Made by a program: the position numbers and the translations under genes. Under the pieces are notes generated by a model, which was not told where the DNA came from, did no database searches, and worked only from the letters and a program-made list of their open reading frames with translations. From NCBI GenBank assembly GCA_046290225.1, contig JBKAGE010000008.1, forward strand, positions 1 through 64,000: DNA of 64,000 nt, written 5' to 3'. Below, piece after piece: positions 8,980 to 18,735 of this stretch (within the stretch, counting starts at the first letter, position 1; every line of letters begins with the position of its first letter). This stretch comes from Bradymonadia bacterium (lineage in GTDB: Bacteria; Myxococcota_A; Bradymonadia; UBA7976; UBA1532).

Positions 8980-10260
8980 CTATATACGATCCAGGATGAG
9001 CGGCTCGTCTTTCGGGGGGGTGTCCGAGAAAGTGAACGCACGCTCGAACCATTGCTTTGCCTCGGCCCAGTCGCCTTCACGGCGGTGGGTGTCGAGCAGT
9101 GGCTGCCCCACCTGGATCTCGTCGCCCACGCGGGCGGCCATCATCACCCCTACGGCGGGGTCGACGTCCTGGTCCTTGCGGCTGCGGCCGGCGCCGAGGG
9201 CCATGGCGCCCATGCCGATGGCCCGGGCATCGATGGCGCTCACATAACCTGATTGGGTGGCGAGGAATGGCTCCACGACAGGGGCGCTGGGGAGCACGTC
9301 GAGATCATCGCACACACGCGGATCACCACCCTGGGCTTCGATCATCTCTCGGAAGCGTGCCAGAGCTCTGCCGTCGTCGAGGGCCTTGACGGCCTCGGTG
9401 GGATCGAGGCCGGCGAGGGTGAGCATCTCTTCTGCGAGGGCCAGGGTGAGGGCGCGGGTGTCTGCAGGACCTTCGCCCCGGAGCAGCTCGATGGACTCGC
9501 GCACCTCAAGGGCGTTGCCCACGGCGACGCCGAGAGGCTGGCTCATGTTGGTGAGCAGGGCGACGACCTTTTTGCCGAGGCGCTCACCGATGGCCTTCAT
9601 CGTGTGGGCGAGATCTCGGGCCTGGTCGAGGGACTTCATGAAGGCCCCCTGGCCCACCTTCACATCGAGCACGAGGCCGTCGACACCCTCAGCCATCTTC
9701 TTCGACATGATCGAGCTGGCGATGAGTGGGATGGACTCGATGGTGCCGGTGACGTCTCGCAGTGCATAGAGTCGCTTGTCTGCAGGGGCGATCTCTTCGG
9801 TTTGCCCCATGATGATCGCGCCGAGGCTGCTCAGCTGCGCCTTCATCTGCTCGACGGAGCGGTACACGCTGAAGCCGGGGATGGACTCCAGCTTGTCGAG
9901 GGTGCCGCCGGTGTGGGCGAGACCCCGGCCGGCGATCATAGGCACGGTGGCGCCACACACGGCCACGAGGGGAGCCAGGGGCAGGCTGATCTTGTCGCCC
10001 ACACCACCAGTGCTGTGCTTGTCCACCTTGAAGCCCGGCAGATCGCCGAGGTCGAGGACCATGCCCGAGTGCAGCATGGCGTCGGTCCATGGTGCCAGCT
10101 CTTCTGGGGGCATACCCTTGAAGAAGATGGCCATGAGCAGCGCCGACATCTGGTAGTCGGGCACCTCGTCACGGGTGTAGGACTCGACGATCCAACGGAG
10201 ATCGTCGGGGGATATGGGCTCTCCTTCGCGTTTGCGACGGATCAACTCCACAATGCGCAT
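8980..10260 (-). CDS. pdp: Pyrimidine-nucleoside/thymidine phosphorylase
   Basis: DKHSTGGVGDK, GRGLAHTGGTLDKLESIPGF, LYALRDVT, SIMSKK, LDVKVGQGAFMK. Confidence 0.96.
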   Translation of the reverse strand: MRIVELIRRKREGEPISPDDLRWIVESYTRDEVPDYQMSALLMAIFFKGMPPEELAPWTDAMLHSGMVLDLGDLPGFKVDKHSTGGVGDKISLPLAPLVAVCGATVPMIAGRGLAHTGGTLDKLESIPGFSVYRSVEQMKAQLSSLGAIIMGQTEEIAPADKRLYALRDVTGTIESIPLIASSIMSKKMAEGVDGLVLDVKVGQGAFMKSLDQARDLAHTMKAIGERLGKKVVALLTNMSQPLGVAVGNALEVRESIELLRGEGPADTRALTLALAEEMLTLAGLDPTEAVKALDDGRALARFREMIEAQGGDPRVCDDLDVLPSAPVVEPFLATQSGYVSAIDARAIGMGAMALGAGRSRKDQDVDPAVGVMMAARVGDEIQVGQPLLDTHRREGDWAEAKQWFERAFTFSDTPPKDEPLILDRI

Positions 10261-10299
10261 CGCGGACCTGTCTTTCTGAGCGTCGTCGGGTCAGACGCT

Positions 10300-13125
10300 T
10301 CAGGTGGGTTCCAGAGACTCGTCGAGGATCTCGAGTGCCTCGTCATCTTCGGCGCGTTCATTCGCCTCGGCGCTCTCGGCATCATCTGCCGGATCTGCGT
10401 CGGCGATCTCGATGTCGATGTTTTCACTGACATCTTTTTCACCGGCATCTTCTTCACTGGCATCGGCACCAGTCTCGGCGAGCTGAGCATCTTCTGCTGC
10501 GTCGCCCGCCTCCCCCTCGGGGGGCTCTTCTGCTGGGTCTTCTTCTACATCGTCTGCAGATGCTTCATCAGCAGCCTCTTGGGCTGTGACTGCTGCCTCT
10601 GCACTCTCTTCCTCTGCGCTCTCTTCCTCTGAAGGTGACTCGTCAGCAGGTGGGGCATCGACGGAGTCGATGGCGTTGACGGTCTCGCCCACGCCTTCCT
10701 CTGCGTCTTCGTGAGGGGCATCTTCATGAGGGGATTCGACGATTTCCATCTCACCTTCCATGGCCTCGGGCAACGGGGTGAGAGGGCCCCCTTCCGTGGG
10801 GATCTCACGGGCCGGGGGCATCTTGGGGCCATTGAGCAACAGCGATTGAGTGCTCTGGTAGGCGAGCTGAACGGCGTCGAGGGCTGCGAGTGCCTCTGCT
10901 CGGGTCTCGCCGAGGGCCTTGATGTGACCTTCGAGATCACCCACCCGCTCTTCGAGGGCTCTGATGGTGGCGGCGCGGCCACGCAGCCGGGCGTCTCGGG
11001 CCCTGATCTCGTCGTTGAGGCCTTCGATGGAGCGATCTTGCGCGGCGTTCTGACTCTGTAGCTCGCTCAGCTGTGCCTGCAGATCGGCGGCACGGGCGTC
11101 GCGCTCGGCGACGTCGTCGGCGCGGCCCTTCTGTTCATCGGCGAGGCGGGCCTCGAGAGCGGCCTGAGCGTCGCTGGCGGCCTTGCTCTCTTCTTCGAGC
11201 AGATCCTGGCTGGCCTTCAGCTCACCGGTAAGGCGCTCCACCTCGTTCTCTGCGGCGTCGGCGCGGCTCTTGTGTGCATCGCGCTCGTCGGCCACGCCCT
11301 CGATCATGGTGGCATGATCGGCGTTGACGCGATCGAGCTGCGTTTTGAGCTCGTCACGGGCCTTCTCGGTCTCGGTGAGCTGACGCTCCAAGCGCGCCTG
11401 GGTGCTCCGGGCCGTCCGCTGCTCCTGGTCGAGGACCTGGGCTGCCCGGGCGGCCTTGGCCTCGACGCTGGCGAGAGCGATGGTGTGCTCCTGCTCCATG
11501 CGGGCGATGTCGTTGGTGAGGCGAGACTCGGTCTCTCGGGCGGCCTCGACGCTCTCCTCGTGGGTGAGTTTGACGTCGGCGAGCTCAACGCGCACGCGCT
11601 CGAGCTCTTTGTCGGCCTCGTCGAGGGCCCCCTGGCCCGCTGTGGAGCGCGCCTCGAGGGTCTTCAGCTGCCGCTGCAGGGTGTTGTGCTCGTCCCGCAA
11701 CCCCTCAAGCTCGTCGGTGAGCTCGAGGTTGCTCATCTCTTTCTGGGTGATCTGCTCGCGGAGCTCGAGGATCTCCCGCTCTTTACGGTTGAGCGTGTCG
11801 CGGGTCTCGAGGAGGGCCCGCCGGGTGTTGGCGTCGCCCTGTCGTGCGGAGGAGCGCTCGGAGCGCTTCTGCGACAGCTCTTCGCGCAACGTGGTGAGCT
11901 GCTGCTCGAGACCCGTGGTCTTGGTCTTGAGGCGGCGGTTCTCGTTGGCGAGCTGCGCGTTCTGCCGGGCGAGGCTCTCTGCGTGCGTGTGCTCGGGGGA
12001 GCCCAGACGCTCTGGTGGATGGACTGAAACACCCGCGACACCTTCGGGGCCGGGATCGTCGTCATCGTCGTCGAGCACGCTGTTGAGATCGTCCATGAGG
12101 TCCTGGACCTCGTCGAGCTCTGGCGTGGGCATCGTGTTCTTGATGTTGTCCCGGGCCAGGGGGATCTCCCCGGTGGGGCGGCTCACCAGGCGCTCGGCAG
12201 GGATGGGGGTCGAGGGCTCGTCTGAGACGTTTTCTGAGACGTCTTCTGGGGCGTCTTCTGCCTCTGCAGCGCCCTCGTTGGGCACGTCGTCAGGGGCCGG
12301 GGTGCCACCCAGCGCCTCGAGGGTGGCCATCTGCTCATCGCTGAGCGACTGCATCACCGTGACGTCCATGGGGCCGGTGAGGGCCGGCGCTGGCTCTTCG
12401 TCGTCTTCGTCGAGCTCCACGGGGATGGGGGTGATCTCGTCGTTGCCCCCCACCTCTTCACCTTCGGTGATGGCCGGCAGCTGCATGGTGCCTTGATCTT
12501 CGATGGCGATGCTGGCGGTGACGGCCGATGCCCCGGTGGGGTCACTTTCGAGGGCCTCGGTCTCGATGATGGCCTCGAGCTCGACATCATCGTCGTCGAG
12601 CTCGATCTCGCCCGCATCACCACCCAGTGATCCCAAAGACAGTCCAGCGCCGAGCTCCTCGAGCTCGTCGTCGTCGAAGAGCCGAACCCCTTCGAAGCTG
12701 CTGTCGCTGGCGCCGAGGGTTTCGTCTGCGGACCCTTCGGGGGCTTGCAGGCTCTTGTTGACGAGCTGACCCAGGGCTTCGGCGAACTCGCCGAGGACCA
12801 GGGGGCGGATCAAGTACTGATCAGCGCGGTTGCGCAGGCCCTTGTGCCGCTTGAGCCGATCGGCGCCGAGCTCGTCCTCTTCGAGGATCATGGCGATGGG
12901 CAGCTCGGGCAGCTTGCGCCGCAGTCGAGTCACGAGGCCGTAGCCCGAGCCTTTCTCGTCCATCAACCCCACCAGCACCGCGGCGACATCGTCACCTTGG
13001 GCGAGGCGTAAGCCCTCTTCGTCGTTCACCGTGGTCTCTGCAGAGACACCGAGGCGCTCGATCGCCTGCTGCAGTTGCTCACCGAAGGTCAGGTCAGCGT
13101 CGATGATCAGGACTTTGTCGGCCAT
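10300..13125 (-). CDS. Pseudo-receiver domain + acidic linker + long coiled-coil protein (AglZ/FrzS-like architecture)
   Basis: N-terminal KVLIID receiver fold without the phospho-Asp; long heptad coiled coil; acidic disordered tail. Confidence 0.8.
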   Translation of the reverse strand: MADKVLIIDADLTFGEQLQQAIERLGVSAETTVNDEEGLRLAQGDDVAAVLVGLMDEKGSGYGLVTRLRRKLPELPIAMILEEDELGADRLKRHKGLRNRADQYLIRPLVLGEFAEALGQLVNKSLQAPEGSADETLGASDSSFEGVRLFDDDELEELGAGLSLGSLGGDAGEIELDDDDVELEAIIETEALESDPTGASAVTASIAIEDQGTMQLPAITEGEEVGGNDEITPIPVELDEDDEEPAPALTGPMDVTVMQSLSDEQMATLEALGGTPAPDDVPNEGAAEAEDAPEDVSENVSDEPSTPIPAERLVSRPTGEIPLARDNIKNTMPTPELDEVQDLMDDLNSVLDDDDDDPGPEGVAGVSVHPPERLGSPEHTHAESLARQNAQLANENRRLKTKTTGLEQQLTTLREELSQKRSERSSARQGDANTRRALLETRDTLNRKEREILELREQITQKEMSNLELTDELEGLRDEHNTLQRQLKTLEARSTAGQGALDEADKELERVRVELADVKLTHEESVEAARETESRLTNDIARMEQEHTIALASVEAKAARAAQVLDQEQRTARSTQARLERQLTETEKARDELKTQLDRVNADHATMIEGVADERDAHKSRADAAENEVERLTGELKASQDLLEEESKAASDAQAALEARLADEQKGRADDVAERDARAADLQAQLSELQSQNAAQDRSIEGLNDEIRARDARLRGRAATIRALEERVGDLEGHIKALGETRAEALAALDAVQLAYQSTQSLLLNGPKMPPAREIPTEGGPLTPLPEAMEGEMEIVESPHEDAPHEDAEEGVGETVNAIDSVDAPPADESPSEEESAEEESAEAAVTAQEAADEASADDVEEDPAEEPPEGEAGDAAEDAQLAETGADASEEDAGEKDVSENIDIEIADADPADDAESAEANERAEDDEALEILDESLEPT

Positions 13126-13280
13126 ATTTCGCCCTGTGGTGGGTTGGGATCATGGGGGTGATTCGCACGCTATTGCAGTGCAGGTCTCAGAGCAACAGGG
13201 TCGACTCGATCACGGCGACCTTGTTGCTCCAGCGATGGGTAGGGCACACACTGGCCCTCAAATTACGGAGATCGTCCTCT

Positions 13281-14873
13281 ATGCGTCGTGCCTTTTTCGT
13301 CGCTGCCCTCGTCGTGCTGGCCATCAACGCGGTGTGTGCCTTCGTCTACCCGCCGGTGTGCTGGTCGATGATCCTCTTCGGGCCGCTCATCATCCTGGGG
13401 GTGCGTGACGCGCTGCAGACGCGCCACGCTGTGCTCAGGAATTTCCCCGTGCTCGGCCATTTCAGGTACCTGTTCGAGACCATCCGGCCGGAGATCAACC
13501 AGTACTTCATCGAGTCGGACACTGATGGGCGCCCGTTCTCCAGAGAGATGAGATCTCTGGTCTACCAGCGAGCCAAAGAGGTCACCGACACGGTGCCTTT
13601 CGGCACTAAAGAACATGTGTACGACGAGGGGTACGAGTGGGTGAACCACTCCCTTGATCCCAAACACGTCGATCCCGAGACGCTGCGCATCACCATCGGC
13701 GGCCCTGACTGTACCCAGCCTTACACCTGCTCCATCTTGAACATCAGCGCCATGAGCTATGGCTCCCTGAGCTCTGCGGCGGTGAAGGCGCTTAATGGCG
13801 GCGCCCGCATCGGCGGCTTCGCACACAACACAGGTGAGGGCGGCATCAGCCCCCACCACCTCGAGAAGGGCGGCGATCTCATCTGGCAGATCGGCACCGG
13901 GTATTTCGGGTGTCGTACGGCTGAGGGGGGCTTCGACCCCGACCTCTTTGCCGAGGGGGCCCGGCAGAAGTCGGTGAAGATGATCGAGATCAAGTTGTCT
14001 CAGGGGGCCAAGCCGGGCCACGGCGGCATCTTGCCTGCCTCGAAGCTCACCCCCGAGCTGTCGGCGATCCGCAAGGTGCCCATGGGCAAAGACGTGATCT
14101 CACCGCCGGCCCACACGGCCTTTCAGGGTCCTGAAGGGTTGATGCGCTTCGTGGCGCAGCTGCGAACCCTCTCGGGGGGCAAGCCCGTGGGCTTCAAGCT
14201 CTGTGTGGGCAAACGGCGGGAGTTCTTCGCCTTGTGCAAGGCCATGCTCAGCACCGGCATCACCCCCGACTTCATCACCGTCGATGGTGCTGAAGGGGGT
14301 ACCGGGGCGGCTCCGCTCGAGTTTTCGAACCACATGGGCACCCCCCTCGCCGAGGGGTTGATCCTGGTGCACAACGGCCTCGTGGGCATCGGCGTGCGCG
14401 ACAAGGTGAAGGTGCTCTCTGCGGGGCGGGTGATGACCGGCTTCGATCTCATCAAGCGCCTCGCCCTCGGCGCCGATGCCTGTTACTCCGCTCGAGCCAT
14501 GATGTTCGCCCTGGGGTGTATTCAGGCGTTGCGGTGCAACAGCAACCACTGCCCTGTGGGTGTGGCCACCCAGAACCCCGAGCTGGTGAAGGGGCTGCAC
14601 GTCGGTGACAAGATGCAGCGCGTGGCCCACTTCCATCGCAACACTGTCGAGAGCGCCGCAGAGATGGTGGGGGCCATGGGGTTGCATCACTCCGACGATC
14701 TGCGCCCCTGGCACGTGATGCGGCGGGTGAGCCCGCACGAAGTGCATCACTATGGTGAGCTGTACGACTTCCTGGAGTCCGGCGAGCTGTTGAGCGCACC
14801 GGTCCCCGACGACTATCGCCGCGCATGGGAAGCTGCCCAGGCCGGATCTTTTGACCACGCCAACCCCGACTGA
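13281..14873 (+). CDS. FMN-binding glutamate synthase family protein
   Basis: NISAMSYGSLS, NTGEGG, EIKLSQGAKPGHGG, DGAEGGTGAAP, 3Fe-4S motif CIQALRCNSNHCP; N-terminal TM helices. Confidence 0.95.
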   Translation: MRRAFFVAALVVLAINAVCAFVYPPVCWSMILFGPLIILGVRDALQTRHAVLRNFPVLGHFRYLFETIRPEINQYFIESDTDGRPFSREMRSLVYQRAKEVTDTVPFGTKEHVYDEGYEWVNHSLDPKHVDPETLRITIGGPDCTQPYTCSILNISAMSYGSLSSAAVKALNGGARIGGFAHNTGEGGISPHHLEKGGDLIWQIGTGYFGCRTAEGGFDPDLFAEGARQKSVKMIEIKLSQGAKPGHGGILPASKLTPELSAIRKVPMGKDVISPPAHTAFQGPEGLMRFVAQLRTLSGGKPVGFKLCVGKRREFFALCKAMLSTGITPDFITVDGAEGGTGAAPLEFSNHMGTPLAEGLILVHNGLVGIGVRDKVKVLSAGRVMTGFDLIKRLALGADACYSARAMMFALGCIQALRCNSNHCPVGVATQNPELVKGLHVGDKMQRVAHFHRNTVESAAEMVGAMGLHHSDDLRPWHVMRRVSPHEVHHYGELYDFLESGELLSAPVPDDYRRAWEAAQAGSFDHANPD

Positions 14874-14880
14874 GGTGAGG

Positions 14881-16926
14881 ATGAACCCCTTCTTCGACGA
14901 GAGCCCGCTCTCTTATCAGATGCCCCCCTTCGATCAGATCGAGAGCGAGCACTTCGAGCCTGCCCTCGAGAAGGGCATGGCGGACCATCTGGCAGAGATC
15001 GCAGCCATCACGGCTCAGCGCGAGGCGCCGACCTTCGAAAACACCTTCGTGCCCCTGCAAAAAGCCGGGCAGCTGCTCGATCGGGCCGCCCGGGTGTTCT
15101 ACAGCCTGGTGAGCGCTCATACGAACGACGATCTCGAGGCCGTGCGTACGCGGATGGCCCCGAAGCTCGCCGCGCACTGGGACGCCATTGCGCTCGACGG
15201 CGCCCTCTTCGATCGCATCAAGGCCATCTATGACGCCCGGGCCGATCTGGGCCTCGACGCCGAGTCGTTGCGCCTCGTGGAGATCAGCCACCGCGACTTC
15301 GTGCTCGCTGGGGCCAACCTCGACGCCGAGCAGAAAGAGCAGCTCAAGGCCATCAACGGCGAGCTGGCCATGCTGCAGACCCGCTTCAGCCAGAACGTGC
15401 TCAAAGAGGTGAACGAGAAGGCCATCGTGGTGGACGATCGCGCCAGCCTCGCGGGTCTGCCCGAGGGAGAGATCGAGGCCGCAGCAGCCGAGGCGGCCAA
15501 GCGCGACCTCGAAGGCAAGTACGTCATCGCCCTGCTGAACACCAGTGGCCACCCGGCCTTGAGCGTGCTCGAAAACCGTGAGCTGCGCCGTCGTATTCAC
15601 GAGACCTCGCTCTCTCGGGGGAGCAGCGGGGGTGAGTTCGACAACCGCGAGATCTTCACCGAGACCATGCGGTTGCGGGCCCGCCGGGCGAAGCTGCTCG
15701 GCTTCGAGCACCACGCGGCGTACAGCCTCGCGAACCAGACCGCCCGCACCGCCGAGGCGGTGAACGCCCGCCTGCAGATGCTGGCGCCACCCACGATGGC
15801 CAACGCCCACAAAGAGCTCGAGGCGCTGAAGGCCATGGCCGCTGAAGACGGCGTGGAAGACTTCGCCAGCTGGGACTGGGCCTACTACACCGAGAAGGTC
15901 CGCGCCGCGCGGTTCGCCTTCGACGCCAGCCAGCTCAAGCCCTATCTCGAGCTCTACTCTGTTCTGGAGAAGGGGGTGTTCTATGCCGCGGAGCAGCTCT
16001 TCGGCATCACCTTCCAGCTGCGGACCGATTTGCCGGTCTATCAGGAGGATGTGAAGGTCTACGAGGTCTTCAACGCCGACGGCAGTCCCCTGGCGTTGTT
16101 CCTCTTCGACCCCTACGCCAGGCCTTCGAAGCGGGGCGGTGCCTGGATGAACGCCTACGTTTCCCAAAGCGGGCTGTCGGGCAAGCGCCCCGTGGTGGCC
16201 AACCACCTCAATGTGCCCAAGCCCTCTGAGGGGCAGCCGGCGCTGATCACCTTCGACGAGGTGACCACGCTGTTCCACGAGTTCGGCCACGCCCTGCACG
16301 GCATGTTCTCCGACGTGCAGTACCCCGAGTTCTCGGGGACCAGCGTGCCCCGCGACTTCGTGGAGTTCCCCTCGCAGGTCAACGAGATCTGGGCCACGTG
16401 GCCCGAGGTGCTGTCGAACTACGCCCGGCACCACGAGACCAGCGTGCCGATGCCCCGAGAGCTGCTCGACAAGGTGCTCGCCACCCAGACCTTCAATCAG
16501 GGCTTCGCCACCCTCGAGTATCTCGCCGCGGCGTTGCTCGATCAGGCCTGGCATCAGCTGAGCCCCGACGAGGTGCCCGACGCCGATGGAGCGCTGGCCT
16601 TCGAGGCTGCAGCCCTGGAGAAGGCTGGGGTACAAATGGCCCAGGTGCCCCCGCGCTACCGCAGCATGTACTTCGCTCACATCATGGGGGGCTACTCTGC
16701 GGGGTACTACGCGTACATCTGGAGCGAGGTCCTCGACGCCGACACCGAGGAATGGTTCAAGGCCAACGGCGGCCTCGAGCGGGCCAACGGCGATCGGTTC
16801 CGGTCGATGGTGCTCTCTCGCGGTGGGGCCCAAGACGCCATGGAGATGTACCTGGACTTCCGCGGCCAGGAGCCCGCCATCGAGCCGCTGCTCGTGCGCC
16901 GTGGTCTCGCCGAAGGTGCTGCGTGA
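14881..16926 (+). CDS. dcp: Peptidyl-dipeptidase Dcp, M3 metallopeptidase
   Basis: NPFF...PPFDQI start, KRGGAWM, HEFGHALH zinc motif, DFVEFPSQ, GYSAGYYAYIWSEVLD. Confidence 0.95.
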   Translation: MNPFFDESPLSYQMPPFDQIESEHFEPALEKGMADHLAEIAAITAQREAPTFENTFVPLQKAGQLLDRAARVFYSLVSAHTNDDLEAVRTRMAPKLAAHWDAIALDGALFDRIKAIYDARADLGLDAESLRLVEISHRDFVLAGANLDAEQKEQLKAINGELAMLQTRFSQNVLKEVNEKAIVVDDRASLAGLPEGEIEAAAAEAAKRDLEGKYVIALLNTSGHPALSVLENRELRRRIHETSLSRGSSGGEFDNREIFTETMRLRARRAKLLGFEHHAAYSLANQTARTAEAVNARLQMLAPPTMANAHKELEALKAMAAEDGVEDFASWDWAYYTEKVRAARFAFDASQLKPYLELYSVLEKGVFYAAEQLFGITFQLRTDLPVYQEDVKVYEVFNADGSPLALFLFDPYARPSKRGGAWMNAYVSQSGLSGKRPVVANHLNVPKPSEGQPALITFDEVTTLFHEFGHALHGMFSDVQYPEFSGTSVPRDFVEFPSQVNEIWATWPEVLSNYARHHETSVPMPRELLDKVLATQTFNQGFATLEYLAAALLDQAWHQLSPDEVPDADGALAFEAAALEKAGVQMAQVPPRYRSMYFAHIMGGYSAGYYAYIWSEVLDADTEEWFKANGGLERANGDRFRSMVLSRGGAQDAMEMYLDFRGQEPAIEPLLVRRGLAEGAA

Positions 16927-17016
16927 GCGCATTTGCTGTGAGCTTGGATAAGCGCCTGTAAGATCGCCTGGGGTCTCATGTCAGGTGTGTCGTCTTCACG
17001 ATCACCAGACCACGAA

Positions 17017-18732
17017 ATGGACCCGAACATGCTCACCCGACTCACCCGAGCGATCATCGTCCTCCTGGCCGCCGCTCCAAGCCTCGCCGCAGCCTGCGGA
17101 GGCTTCTTCTGCGATGCCGCACAGCCTGTGAATCAGGCCGCAGAGCGGATCTTGTTCGCGAGACACCCCGATGACGCCACGCGCATGCAGATGCACGTGC
17201 AGATCAACTACCAGGGTCCACCCACAGAGTTCGGATGGTTGCTCCCTGTGCCCCCCGACGTGGAGACCATGGTGGGCCTCGATGACATCTTCACCCAGCT
17301 CGATGTGTTCTCAGCGCCTTTCTTCAGCCTGCAGACCGAGAACCATTGCGAACAGCCCGAGCCCGAAGACGCATTCGAAGAGGAGTGGGGCGCAGGTGGT
17401 GCGGGTGGTGCCGTGGGCGGGGCTGGAGGTGGAGGAGGTGACTTCGGCCCCCCACCGGTGCAGGTGCTCAGCAGGGAAGAGGTGGGACCATACGATCAGG
17501 TGGTGTTGGACGCGGTTTCCGTAGAGGCCTTGCTCGAGTGGCTCGGAGAGAACGACTTCGTGGTGCCCGAGGGCAGCGAAGATCGACTGCAGCCCTACCT
17601 GGATCAGGGATCAGTGTTTCTGGCGCTCAAGCTGCTGCCCGACAGCGACGCCGGCGATATCCAGCCCCTGATACTCAACTTCACCAGCGAGCGCCCAGGC
17701 ATCCCGATCCAGCCCACAGCGGTGGCCGCCACCGCTGACATGGGCGTGCTCGTCTATGTGCTCGACGAAGCTCGGGCAGTGCCATTGAACTATCACCACG
17801 TGGAGATCAACGACGCCCTCATCGAATGGAGCAATGGGGGACAGAACTACCCGGATGTGGTGAGCCACGCCGTAGATGTTGTCGAGGGCGGCCGTGCCTT
17901 CGTCACCGACGCAGCTCGGGTGATCGACAACCCCTTCCAAGATTACAGGTTTTGGGTTGAGCACATGCGCGAGTTCTGGCTGCCGGGTCTCGAAGAGCCG
18001 CTCACAGTGGAGCGATGGCGCAGGCTGATCGACGAGGGGAATTTCGACAACGAGATGGGGTTGACGATCCAGCGCCACATCATCGAGCCGGACTGGTTCG
18101 CTGGCGCCGACACCGGTTACATGTGGCCAGAATTGCTGCTCTGCTCGACCTGTTGGCGATCTCTCGGGCTCGATCCCAACCAGCCCATCGAAGGTGGCGA
18201 GGCGCTCCGTGCCGAAATGGAAGATCGCTTGATCGCGATCTACACGCTGATTGATCGCACCGCTGAGTCCTGGCCCTACCTGACGCGCCTGTACACCACG
18301 TTGTCGCCGTCGGAGATGACCGTCGATCCGATTTTCGGCATCAACGCCGACATGCCCGAGGTGCTTCCGGGGCGTGTCGCAGAGCGTCATATCTTCTGTG
18401 ACGCCGCGGGGATGCCCGATTGGAGTCGAGGCTATGTCACCACGCCCAGCGGGCTGACCTATCGAGAAGAAGGCAGCGCCAACCCTTACGCGGTGATGCG
18501 CCAGGATGGTGAGACCATTCGTGGCGGCGGGGGCCCTGCTGCCTTGCTGGTGGTTCGGGTGACCGAGCAGGGGCCCCCCATGGTCGTGAGCGATCTGCGT
18601 GACGAGGCCGCAGCGGCTTTCCCCAGCGGCAGAAGCAGCGAGAGCGGATGTGCTTGTGACGCCAGCGGTGGTGGCAGCGCGGGCACGCTGTGGCTGCTGA
18701 TGCTTATGGGGCTTCGTATACGCCGCCCCTGA
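17017..18732 (+). CDS. DUF2330 domain protein with MYXO-CTERM tail
   Basis: Signal peptide followed by ACGGFFC, VNQAAERILF, FGWLLPVP, YLTRLYTTLSP; GCAC + TM + Arg-rich end; start uncertain (17017 or 17029). Confidence 0.85.
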   Translation: MDPNMLTRLTRAIIVLLAAAPSLAAACGGFFCDAAQPVNQAAERILFARHPDDATRMQMHVQINYQGPPTEFGWLLPVPPDVETMVGLDDIFTQLDVFSAPFFSLQTENHCEQPEPEDAFEEEWGAGGAGGAVGGAGGGGGDFGPPPVQVLSREEVGPYDQVVLDAVSVEALLEWLGENDFVVPEGSEDRLQPYLDQGSVFLALKLLPDSDAGDIQPLILNFTSERPGIPIQPTAVAATADMGVLVYVLDEARAVPLNYHHVEINDALIEWSNGGQNYPDVVSHAVDVVEGGRAFVTDAARVIDNPFQDYRFWVEHMREFWLPGLEEPLTVERWRRLIDEGNFDNEMGLTIQRHIIEPDWFAGADTGYMWPELLLCSTCWRSLGLDPNQPIEGGEALRAEMEDRLIAIYTLIDRTAESWPYLTRLYTTLSPSEMTVDPIFGINADMPEVLPGRVAERHIFCDAAGMPDWSRGYVTTPSGLTYREEGSANPYAVMRQDGETIRGGGGPAALLVVRVTEQGPPMVVSDLRDEAAAAFPSGRSSESGCACDASGGGSAGTLWLLMLMGLRIRRP

Positions 18733-18735
18733 AGC

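Noticed and set aside
14452..16932. 826-aa minus-strand ORF and similar long antisense ORFs (13-1629, 5153-6982, 36708-38390, 56012-57673)
   Set aside because: Shadows of well-supported genes caused by high-GC codon bias; no motifs and atypical composition
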